A stretch of 32,000 nucleotides of DNA from Erysipelotrichaceae bacterium MTC7 (GCA_001695645.1 LVZN01000017.1:7950-39949); one strand, 5' to 3'. Counted from the stretch's first letter, positions 1 through 6,679 are shown. The notes: a model not told the origin generated them from the sequence alone. Numbers and translations: made by a program.

Positions 1-93
1 ATTACGAGAAAGCCCTGCTCTCTCACGGGCTTCTCTGATTGCCAGTCCTAAAGGTCTGAAATCAAAAGTTTGTGTTTCTTTTGCTTTTCTCAT
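1..93 (-). CDS. XRE-type HTH regulator, Tn916 Orf9-like; only the first 31 codons are in the window
   Basis: A reverse-strand ATG at 93 follows an AGGTGA SD. It translates to MRKAKETQTFDFRPLGLAIREARERAGLSRN, which resembles my recollection of the Tn916 Orf9 N-terminus ([28 protein letters not shown]). It is divergent from the sigma/xis/int block. Confidence 0.6.
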   Translation of the reverse strand, partial: MRKAKETQTFDFRPLGLAIREARERAGLSRN

Positions 94-152
94 TTTAAAT
101 CACCTAGCATGAGTTTATACTTCATGCTGTATATTTAGAATGTGTTAAAATT

Positions 153-188
153 GAGCGAATCATTCAATTAGAAAACGAAAAAGAATAG
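153..188 (+). pseudogene. 3' stub of the delta (ParA) gene: last 11 codons plus stop
   Basis: Translates to ERIIQLENEKE* immediately upstream of the omega operator array, as in the Inc18 delta-omega arrangement. These residues are exactly what the delta copy at 2732-3610 lacks. Confidence 0.6.
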
Positions 189-237
189 AATCACAAATCA
201 CAAGTGATTAATCACAAATCACTTGTGATTTGTGATT
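189..237. promoter_or_regulatory. Omega-repressor operator array, P-omega type: 7 contiguous heptads
   Basis: AATCACA AATCACA AGTGATT AATCACA AATCACT TGTGATT TGTGATT. This is seven (A/T)ATCAC(A/T) heptads in direct and inverted orientation, directly upstream of omega. Confidence 0.85.
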
Positions 238-279
238 GTTGATGATAAAATAAGAGTAAGAAGAAATAGAAAGAAGTGA

Positions 280-495
280 GTGGTTGTGGGAAATTTAGGC
301 GCACAAAAAGCAAAACGAAATGATACACCAATCAGTGCAAAAAAAGATATTATGGGGGATAAGACGGTTCGTGTTCGTGCTGACTTGCACCATATTATAA
401 AAATCGAAACAGCAAAGAATGGCGGAAACGTAAAAGAAGTTATGGATAAAGCCTTAGAAGAATATATTCGGAAATATTTACCTGACAAACTTTAA
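280..495 (+). CDS. omega: Omega transcriptional repressor (ribbon-helix-helix) of the Inc18 omega-epsilon-zeta operon
   Basis: 71 aa with a GTG start. The sequence MVVGNLGAQKAKRNDTPISAKKDIMGDKTVRVRADLHHIIKIETAKNGGNVKEVMD... matches my recollection of pSM19035-type omega. It is followed by epsilon. Confidence 0.9.
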   Translation: MVVGNLGAQKAKRNDTPISAKKDIMGDKTVRVRADLHHIIKIETAKNGGNVKEVMDKALEEYIRKYLPDKL

Positions 496-511
496 AAGGA
501 GTGAAAATGAA

Positions 512-784
512 ATGGCAGTTACTTATGAAAAAACATTTGAAATAGAGATCATTAACGAATTATCGGCAAGCGTTTATAATCGAGTATTAAACTATGTTTT
601 GAATCATGAATTAAATAAAAATGACTCTCAATTATTGGAAGTCAATTTATTAAACCAATTAAAGCTTGCAAAACGTGTAAATCTTTTTGATTATTCTTTA
701 GAAGAATTACAAGCCGTTCATGAGTATTGGCGGTCAATGAATCGCTATTCAAAACAAGTTTTGAATAAAGAGAAAGTGGCTTAA
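512..784 (+). CDS. epsilon: Epsilon antitoxin of the epsilon/zeta toxin-antitoxin system
   Basis: 90 aa, [36 protein letters not shown]... SD GGAG is upstream. The stop overlaps the zeta start (TAATATG). Confidence 0.9.
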   Translation: MAVTYEKTFEIEIINELSASVYNRVLNYVLNHELNKNDSQLLEVNLLNQLKLAKRVNLFDYSLEELQAVHEYWRSMNRYSKQVLNKEKVA

Positions 785-785
785 T

Positions 786-944
786 ATGGCAAATATAGTC
801 AATTTTACTGACAAACAATTTGAAAATCGCTTAAATGATAATTTAGAAGAATTGGTTCAAGGAAAAAAAGCGGTTGAATCGCCAACCGCTTTTTTACTTG
901 GTGGGCAACCAGGGTCAGGGAAAACGAGTTTGCGAAGAAGATGA
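786..944 (+). pseudogene. zeta: Zeta toxin, truncated after about 50 codons
   Basis: Translates to [52 protein letters not shown]. It retains the Walker A motif (GGQPGSGKT), then homology ends and a stop occurs at 942-944. I recall full-length zeta as about 287 aa. Confidence 0.85.
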
Positions 945-995
945 TTGAGCAGGCAGGAACAAAGTGATAAATTCAAATTGTGAGGGAAAATATAG

Positions 996-1415
996 ATGAA
1001 TCAAGGAAGAATTATTGTGATTACAGGCTCACCGGGGACAGGAAAAACAACAACTGCGTCAATTGTCGCAAAGGAATCAGATATGGATAAATCAGTGCAT
1101 ATGCACACCGATGACTTTTTTCATTACTTAAGCAAAGGCGCAATACCACCACATTTGCCAGAATCCAACAAGCAAAATCTGGTTGTCATTGAAGCCTTTT
1201 TAGAGGCTGCAAAGCGATATGCTCGTGGCGGATATGATGTAATTGTAGATGGGATTGTCGGGCCATGGTTTTTGGAGCCATGGAAAGCTCTTGCCCAAGA
1301 AGATTACGAGGTACACTATATTGTATTAAGAGCGAGTATGGAAATAAGACTTAGAAGCAAACTTAAGAGTGTGTTGATAGTGCAGTATCTTAAAATTTTG
1401 TATAATAGGAATTGA
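996..1415 (+). CDS. P-loop NTPase/kinase-like protein; the 3' end appears replaced by the erm(B) upstream region
   Basis: Walker A GSPGTGKTT near the N-terminus. The last ~25 codons (EIRLRSKLKSVLIVQYLKILYNRN) are a translation of the erm(B) promoter region, suggesting a fusion or truncation near 1340. Confidence 0.55.
   Translation: MNQGRIIVITGSPGTGKTTTASIVAKESDMDKSVHMHTDDFFHYLSKGAIPPHLPESNKQNLVVIEAFLEAAKRYARGGYDVIVDGIVGPWFLEPWKALAQEDYEVHYIVLRASMEIRLRSKLKSVLIVQYLKILYNRN
1374..1407 (+). promoter_or_regulatory. Putative erm(B) promoter
   Basis: TTGATA at 1374-1379 and TGTATAATA (extended -10) at 1399-1407. The 21-nt spacer to TTGATA is long, so the extended -10 is the stronger signal. Confidence 0.45.
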
Positions 1416-1461
1416 AGTTAAATTAGATGCTAAAAATTTGTAATTAAGAAGGAGTGATTAC

Positions 1462-2199
1462 ATGAACAAAAATATAAAATATTCTCAAAACTTTTTAACG
1501 AGTGAAAAAGTACTCAACCAAATAATAAAACAATTGAATTTAAAAGAAACCGATACCGTTTACGAAATTGGAACAGGTAAAGGGCATTTAACGACGAAAC
1601 TGGCTAAAATAAGTAAACAGGTAACGTCTATTGAATTAGACAGTCATCTATTCAACTTATCGTCAGAAAAATTAAAACTGAATACTCGTGTCACTTTAAT
1701 TCACCAAGATATTCTACAGTTTCAATTCCCTAACAAACAGAGGTATAAAATTGTTGGGAGTATTCCTTACCATTTAAGCACACAAATTATTAAAAAAGTG
1801 GTTTTTGAAAGCCATGCGTCTGACATCTATCTGATTGTTGAAGAAGGATTCTACAAGCGTACCTTGGATATTCACCGAACACTAGGGTTGCTCTTGCACA
1901 CTCAAGTCTCGATTCAGCAATTGCTTAAGCTGCCAGCGGAATGCTTTCATCCTAAACCAAAAGTAAACAGTGTCTTAATAAAACTTACCCGCCATACCAC
2001 AGATGTTCCAGATAAATATTGGAAGCTATATACGTACTTTGTTTCAAAATGGGTCAATCGAGAATATCGTCAACTGTTTACTAAAAATCAGTTTCATCAA
2101 GCAATGAAACACGCCAAAGTAAACAATTTAAGTACCGTTACTTATGAGCAAGTATTGTCTATTTTTAATAGTTATCTATTATTTAACGGGAGGAAATAA
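1462..2199 (+). CDS. erm(B): Erm(B) 23S rRNA (adenine-N6)-dimethyltransferase (MLSB resistance)
   Basis: 245 aa, [47 protein letters not shown]... with the SAM-binding motif [18 protein letters not shown] lies 8 nt upstream. Confidence 0.97.
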
Positions 2200-2203
2200 T
2201 TCT

Positions 2204-2335
2204 ATGAGTCGCTTTTGTAAATTTGGAAAGTTACACGTTACTAAAGGGAATGTAGATAAATTATTAGGTATACTACTGACAGCTTCCAAGGAGCTAAAGA
2301 GGTCCCTAGCGCCTACGGGGAATTTGTATCGATAA
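2204..2335 (+). CDS. Small hypothetical ORF immediately downstream of erm(B)
   Basis: 43 codons (MSRFCKFGKLHVTKGNVDKLLGILLTASKELKRSLAPTGNLYR) with GGGAGG SD upstream. I recall a small conserved ORF downstream of erm(B). Function unknown. Confidence 0.4.
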   Translation: MSRFCKFGKLHVTKGNVDKLLGILLTASKELKRSLAPTGNLYR

Positions 2336-2374
2336 GGGGTACAAATTCCCACTAAGCGCTCGGGACCCCTTGTA

Positions 2375-2629
2375 GGAAAATGTCCTAAGTGTGGCAACAA
2401 TATTGTATTAAAAAAATCGTTTTATGGTTGTTCAAATTATCCTGAATGTACCTTCACTTTAGCTGAACATTTTAGAAAGAAAAAACTCACCAAAACAAAT
2501 GTAAAAGAATTACTAGAGGGAAAAGAAACCCTGGTAAAAGGAATCAAAACGAAAGATAGAAAGTCCTACAATGCCGTTGTAAAAATCGGAGAAAAGGGAT
2601 ATATTGATTTTATCTCTTTTTCAAAATAA
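2375..2629 (+). pseudogene. C-terminal fragment of an Inc18 type IA topoisomerase (zinc-ribbon end); no start codon
   Basis: An open frame after an in-frame TAG translates to GKCPKCGNNIVLKKSFYGCSNYPECTFTLAEHFRKKKLTKTNVKELLEGKETLVKGIKTKDRKSYNAVVKIGEKGYIDFISFSK*. It has CxxC...CxxxxC zinc-finger spacing and sits just upstream of P-delta, as in Inc18 plasmids. Confidence 0.75.
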
Positions 2630-2633
2630 GCAT

Positions 2634-2657
2634 AAAAGCCCTTTAAAGAGGGCTTTT
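2634..2657 (+). terminator. Rho-independent terminator after the topoisomerase stub
   Basis: AAAAGCCCT-TTAAAG-AGGGCTTTT: a 9-bp stem with a 6-nt loop and a T-rich tail. Confidence 0.6.
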
Positions 2658-2664
2658 ATATATT

Positions 2665-2727
2665 AATCACAAATCACTTATCACAAATCACAAGTGATTA
2701 ATCACAAATCACTTGTGATTTGTGATT
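2665..2727. promoter_or_regulatory. Omega-repressor operator array, P-delta type: 9 contiguous heptads
   Basis: AATCACA AATCACT TATCACA AATCACA AGTGATT AATCACA AATCACT TGTGATT TGTGATT, directly upstream of delta. The last 48 bp are identical to 190-237. Confidence 0.85.
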
Positions 2728-2731
2728 CCTA

Positions 2732-3610
2732 ATGATACAATATTACTATACAAAAAAAGAATGGGGCGTAGTTATGGAGAAGGAAGAACTCAAAATACTT
2801 GAAGAATTAAGACGTATTTTAAACAGTAAAAATGAAGCGATTGTTATCTTAAACAATTATTTTAAAGGTGGTGTTGGAAAGTCAAAATTATCGACTATGT
2901 TTGCTTACTTGACAGACAAATTTAATTTAAAAGTTTTAATGATCGATAAGGACTTACAAGCAACATTGACAAAAGACTTAGCAAAAACATTTAAGGTAGA
3001 ATTGCCACGTGTTAATTTTTATGAAGGACTGAAAAATGGAAACTTGGCTTCTTCTATTGTTCATTTGACTGATAATTTAGACTTGATCCCTGGCACGTTT
3101 GATTTGATGTTACTGCCAAAATTAACTCGCTCATGGACTTTTGAAAATGAAAGTAGATTGCTTGCTACTCTTTTAGCACCTTTAAAAAGTGACTATGATC
3201 TCATTATTATTGATACTGTACCAACGCCAAGCGTTTATACAAATAATGCAATCGTGGCAAGTGATTACGTCATGATCCCTTTACAAGCAGAAGAAGAAAG
3301 TACAAACAACATTCAAAACTATATTTCCTATTTGATTGATTTACAAGAACAGTTTAACCCTGGACTAGATATGATCGGTTTTGTTCCTTATTTAGTTGAT
3401 ACGGACAGCACAACGATAAAATCAAACCTGGAAGAACTGTACAAGCAACATAAAGAAGATAACTTGGTTTTCCAAAATATTATCAAGCGAAGTAATAAAG
3501 TAAGTACCTGGTCTAAAAACGGCATTACAGAACACAAAGGCTATGACAAAAAAGTTTTATCTATGTATGAGAACGTATTTTTTGAAATGCTTGCATATAG
3601 TATGCAGTAA
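2732..3610 (+). CDS. delta: Delta (ParA-family partition ATPase, ORF298-like); native C-terminal 11 aa replaced
   Basis: Deviant Walker A KGGVGKS. The sequence is MIQYYYTKKEWGVVMEKEELKILEEL..., with an alternative start at M15 (2774). It matches delta through ...VFFEML (codon 287, nt 3592), then reads AYSMQ* from unrelated DNA. Confidence 0.85.
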   Translation: MIQYYYTKKEWGVVMEKEELKILEELRRILNSKNEAIVILNNYFKGGVGKSKLSTMFAYLTDKFNLKVLMIDKDLQATLTKDLAKTFKVELPRVNFYEGLKNGNLASSIVHLTDNLDLIPGTFDLMLLPKLTRSWTFENESRLLATLLAPLKSDYDLIIIDTVPTPSVYTNNAIVASDYVMIPLQAEEESTNNIQNYISYLIDLQEQFNPGLDMIGFVPYLVDTDSTTIKSNLEELYKQHKEDNLVFQNIIKRSNKVSTWSKNGITEHKGYDKKVLSMYENVFFEMLAYSMQ

Positions 3611-3693
3611 TAATTCAAAAGCTGTTATCGTGTGCGGTAAATAAAAAAAACCGTTCCTAGATAATACACTTTTGTGCGTCTTGAAAAATAACG

Positions 3694-3729
3694 GGACGGT
3701 TTTGGATATAACCAGAACTGTCCTTTTTT
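3694..3729 (+). terminator. Possible rho-independent terminator
   Basis: GGACGGTT-14 nt-AACTGTCC (8 bp including one G-T pair) followed by TTTTTT. Confidence 0.35.
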
Positions 3730-3820
3730 CTTAGGAGTAAATAAGGCATAGTGGTGTTAGTATATAACTATGGACACGGAAAGTTGAACATCCTATAATA
3801 TAAAAAAGGAGTGTTCTAAA

Positions 3821-4099
3821 ATGGCAAAAAATCAAAAATCCTATACCCCAGAATTCAAGCAGCAAATTGTTGACCTGCATAATAAAGCTGGCAAAGGTAT
3901 AACAGAATTATCTAACGAATATGGCGTTCCAAAAGGCACAATCTCTACCTGGGTAAAGCTTCTTTCACCAGTACAGGTCTCAGAAACAGAAACTATTTCT
4001 ATGAAAGAGTACAAGGCTCTTCAAAAGAAAATGAAGGAACTAGAGACAGAGAATGAAATATTAAAAAAAGCTACCGCCATATTCGCCAAAAATCAATAG
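3821..4099 (+). CDS. IS3-family transposase OrfA (HTH)
   Basis: 92 aa, MAKNQKSYTPEFKQQIVDLHNKAGKGITELSNEYGVPKGTISTWVK... followed by a leucine-zipper-like tail. SD AAGGAG is upstream. Confidence 0.85.
   Translation: MAKNQKSYTPEFKQQIVDLHNKAGKGITELSNEYGVPKGTISTWVKLLSPVQVSETETISMKEYKALQKKMKELETENEILKKATAIFAKNQ
4063..4070 (+). promoter_or_regulatory. Programmed -1 ribosomal frameshift site (A AAA AAA G) joining OrfA to OrfB
   Basis: The A7G run lies in the orfA frame (tta aaa aaa gct). The -1 frame is open from here into orfB (...KKSYRHIRQKSIAAYVSFIQANL...). orfB is in frame -1 relative to orfA. Confidence 0.6.
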
Positions 4100-4107
4100 C
4101 TGCGTAC

Positions 4108-4968
4108 GTGTCCTTTATTCAAGCTAATCTTGATAAATATACTGTTAAACAAATGTGCAAGGTTCTTAAGTTTCCTCGCAGTACTTATTATGCTGTAATT
4201 AATCATGTTACATCTCAAAGAGAAATTGAATACAACAAATTTAGCGAAGAAGTTCAATTTTACTATGATCAATCTAAGGGACGTTATGGTGCTATTAAGA
4301 TACAGCGTGATCTTGAAGAAGCTGGTATCCCCTGTTCAGTCAAAAGAGTTCAAAGACATATGGCTAGGCTTGGTATTCGTAGTGTTGTAGTACGCAAATA
4401 TAAGTATCAAAATAATCAAGGTAAGGTTCCTGACGATAAGGAAAATATACTGAATCGCGATTTTAGTACTACAACCATAAATCAAAAATGGGTTACTGAC
4501 ATAACGTATATACATGTTCTTAACGAGGGCTGGACTTATCTAGCATCAGTTATGGACTTATATGATAGAAAAATCATTGGTTATTCATATGGTAAAAATA
4601 TGACCACCGAATTAGCTATGAAAGCAGTTGAAAATGCATGTATTAATGTAAAAGACACTACAGGTATTATCCTTCACAGCGATTTAGGCAGCCAATATAC
4701 AAGCGCAGTATTTGAGAATATGCTTACAGAAAAACATATGAAGCATTCCTTCAGTAGAAAGGGAAATCCTTACGATAATGCCTGTATAGAATCCTACCAT
4801 TCTGTATTGAAGAAGGAAGAAGTATACCGAAACACATATCATACACTTGAGGAGGCTAAATCAGCTCTCTTTGAATATATAGAGTCTTGGTATAACCGCA
4901 GAAGGAGGCACAGTGCACTGGATTATAAAACTCCACAGCAGGTTGAAGATGAGGCTCTTGTAGCTTAG
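4108..4968 (+). CDS. IS3-family transposase OrfB (DDE catalytic domain), probably made as an OrfAB fusion
   Basis: DDE triad context: WVTDITYI, HSDLGSQYTS, NACIESYHSVLKKE. Confidence 0.85.
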   Translation: MSFIQANLDKYTVKQMCKVLKFPRSTYYAVINHVTSQREIEYNKFSEEVQFYYDQSKGRYGAIKIQRDLEEAGIPCSVKRVQRHMARLGIRSVVVRKYKYQNNQGKVPDDKENILNRDFSTTTINQKWVTDITYIHVLNEGWTYLASVMDLYDRKIIGYSYGKNMTTELAMKAVENACINVKDTTGIILHSDLGSQYTSAVFENMLTEKHMKHSFSRKGNPYDNACIESYHSVLKKEEVYRNTYHTLEEAKSALFEYIESWYNRRRRHSALDYKTPQQVEDEALVA

Positions 4969-5355
4969 TAATCTTTCTCTCCGTATTAATGTCATGCAGA
5001 GAGAAAAAGTTCAACTTTTTGTGTCCAAAGTATTGACATAGGTCCATAGCTCTGGTTAAAGGGGGCTATACCATGATTGCATACGGAAGAACGTTCTGCC
5101 GTTCTCAACTGAATAAATATTTCAGTCCACTATTACAATCATTACACCCTTTACAAGAATTAAAAATTCATATCAATAGAATTTATAAAACAGTCTGTTT
5201 GTGTAATTACACATTATCGGGCTGTTTTTGTTTTGTTAAAAATTTTTTTCAACTTTTTTCGGTTTCAACTTAGCAAATCACACCTGTCGTTCCCTATATG
5301 GTGCGGAAAGAGGGATAACCACTTTTCATATCGTAACGGAAAGGGGGTGAGATTG

Positions 5356-5772
5356 ATGAAACCATCTGACTTCCAGAAAACAGTTCAATGCCGTTTTGAA
5401 AGTTGTTTGAAGAAAGTTGTCCGACATGTTGTTAAGGACTATCAGAAGAAATTAAAGCGACGACAAAAGGGAGAAACGCTTTTTTGTGAACTTCCAGAAA
5501 TCGTTGTAGAAAATCTGGCTGTCTGGGACGACTATGATACGGACTATACGATTTTCAATGTATGTGGTAGTGATATTCGTATTTGTGATGATGAACTGGC
5601 AGAAGCCTTGAAACATTTGTCTGAGCGTAATCGAGAAAATTTGTTGATGTATTATTTCTTGGAAATGAGCGATACCGAGATTGCAAAAAGACAAAATATT
5701 TCAAGAAGTGGTGTTTTTCAAAACCGACACAATTCACTAGAGCTTATGAAAAAAATACTAAAGGAGAAATGA
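5356..5772 (+). CDS. Sigma-70-family (region 4) protein, Tn916 Orf7-like
   Basis: ATG at 5356 follows an AAAGGGGGTGAG SD. The tail LLMYYFLEMSDTEIAKRQNISRSGVFQNRHNSLELMKK is a sigma region-4 HTH. The longer track ORF from 5233 lacks an SD. Confidence 0.7.
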   Translation: MKPSDFQKTVQCRFESCLKKVVRHVVKDYQKKLKRRQKGETLFCELPEIVVENLAVWDDYDTDYTIFNVCGSDIRICDDELAEALKHLSERNRENLLMYYFLEMSDTEIAKRQNISRSGVFQNRHNSLELMKKILKEK

Positions 5773-5778
5773 TAGCAA

Positions 5779-6027
5779 ATGAAACACACAATGAAGAAGC
5801 CGTCCTACTACTTGCTTTCGCAGGCAATGGACGGGGACGAAAAAGCGATTGAAAAGATACTGGCATTTTATGACCCTTACATATCAAAGTGCTGTCTACG
5901 ACCACTCTATGATGAATACGGCAATGTCTATATTGTTGTAGATATGGAATTAAAGGGACTTATCAGAGAAGCACTTATTAAAATGATTTTAGGGTTTGAT
6001 ATTGCCTTAGAAATCGAAGAAGAATAA
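5779..6027 (+). CDS. Small helix-turn-helix protein, Tn916 Orf8-like
   Basis: 82 aa directly after the sigma gene, with SD AAGGAG in the sigma 3' end. The segment YDEYGNVYIVVDMELK resembles Orf8-type proteins as I recall them. Confidence 0.55.
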   Translation: MKHTMKKPSYYLLSQAMDGDEKAIEKILAFYDPYISKCCLRPLYDEYGNVYIVVDMELKGLIREALIKMILGFDIALEIEEE

Positions 6028-6478
6028 CAAGCAGTAACCGCAGAGCATGATTTGTTCAATCCCCTCTTTCCTGCTCTGCCCCTGCTTTTATATGAAAGCA
6101 ACACGCTTTCGCCACAGCTCTTTGACAACTGAATAAAGCAGACAGATACGTTTGTGAGATAGCGAGCCACGGGAACTGTACGCCACGACCTTTTCAAAAG
6201 AAAGCGAGCGACCCACGCAGTGATCCGAGAGCGACTGTTGGAAAAGTCGTTTTGCCATGACCTATCCTCACAGAATAATGATACGTCCGCATGGTGCGGT
6301 TCTGCCCACAAGAATGGGAATAGTTGAGATACTAACGGAGCTTTCCAAAGCCGTCTGCCTGCTTATAATTGATAGTTTCAGCAACAAAATCTATCTACTC
6401 TTTTTATTTAGGTGTGTTATAATGACCTTATTAGACGAGTGTATTTTGTTGCTGTCACAAATGAAAGGGGTCTTAATA

Positions 6479-6679
6479 GTGATAAGTGATACACAAAATG
6501 CACAATCTCCTACAAAGGAAAAAAAGACTTATACAGTAGAGGAAATTGCTGAACAACTGGACATTAGCAAAAAGGTAGCTTATTCATTAGTAAAAAGCGG
6601 TCAATTCAGTTATGTTCGTGCTGGTAAAGCCATACGGGTATCAAAGGTTTCTTTCGATAAATGGTTAAATGAAATTTAA
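6479..6679 (+). CDS. xis: Excisionase (Xis, MerR-like HTH)
   Basis: GTG at 6479 lies 8 nt after an AAAGGGG SD; an alternative ATG is at 6461. The segment YTVEEIAEQLDISKKVAYSLVKSGQFSYVRAGKAIRVSKVSFDKWL is a typical excisionase HTH. It sits immediately upstream of int. Confidence 0.7.
   Translation: MISDTQNAQSPTKEKKTYTVEEIAEQLDISKKVAYSLVKSGQFSYVRAGKAIRVSKVSFDKWLNEI

Larger units (their letters stand above)
151..3593 (+). mobile_element. Circularly permuted Inc18-plasmid-derived erm(B) module (3,440-bp unit plus a duplicated TTG)
   Basis: Contains delta 3' stub, P-omega, omega, epsilon, zeta', P-loop ORF', erm(B), topoisomerase', P-delta and delta(1-287). TTG is present at both junctions (151-153 and 3591-3593). 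Confidence 0.6.
3771..5027 (+). mobile_element. IS3-family insertion sequence (1,257 bp)
   Basis: Terminal inverted repeats TGGACACGGAAAGTTGAAC (3771-3789) and GTTCAACTTTTTGTGTCCA (5009-5027) match at 17/19 with TG...CA ends. It has orfA/orfB architecture with an A7G slippery run. The flanks are CTA on the left and AAG on the right, so there is no direct repeat. Confidence 0.85.

Noticed and set aside
2144-2400. The 5' extension of the post-erm(B) small ORF (from 2144) and the antisense ORF at 2179-2400
   Set aside because: The extension overlaps the erm(B) 3' end in another frame without an SD. The antisense ORF has no SD and crosses the junction with the topoisomerase stub.
189-2727. Tandem 7-bp repeat arrays considered as CRISPR or microsatellite
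   Set aside because: The units are contiguous 7-mers with no spacers, in mixed orientation. They match the known omega-repressor heptad operators upstream of omega and delta.
5073-5273. A 66-aa ORF with a good SD (AAAGGGGG) just right of the IS
   Set aside because: The translation (MIAYGRTFCRSQLNKYFSPLLQSLHPLQELKIHINRIYKTVCLCNYTLSGCFCFVKNFFQLFSVST) has no recognisable domain, runs through the palindrome and T-rich tract, and looks like intergenic sequence. It is left uncalled, though a small ICE protein cannot be excluded.
5928-6311. A 127-aa reverse-strand ORF and the 6257-6478 extension of the xis ORF
   Set aside because: The reverse ORF overlaps the 3' end of the orf8-like gene and has an Arg/Ser-rich, unstructured-looking translation with no SD. 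The xis extension has no SD, whereas GTG 6479 does.
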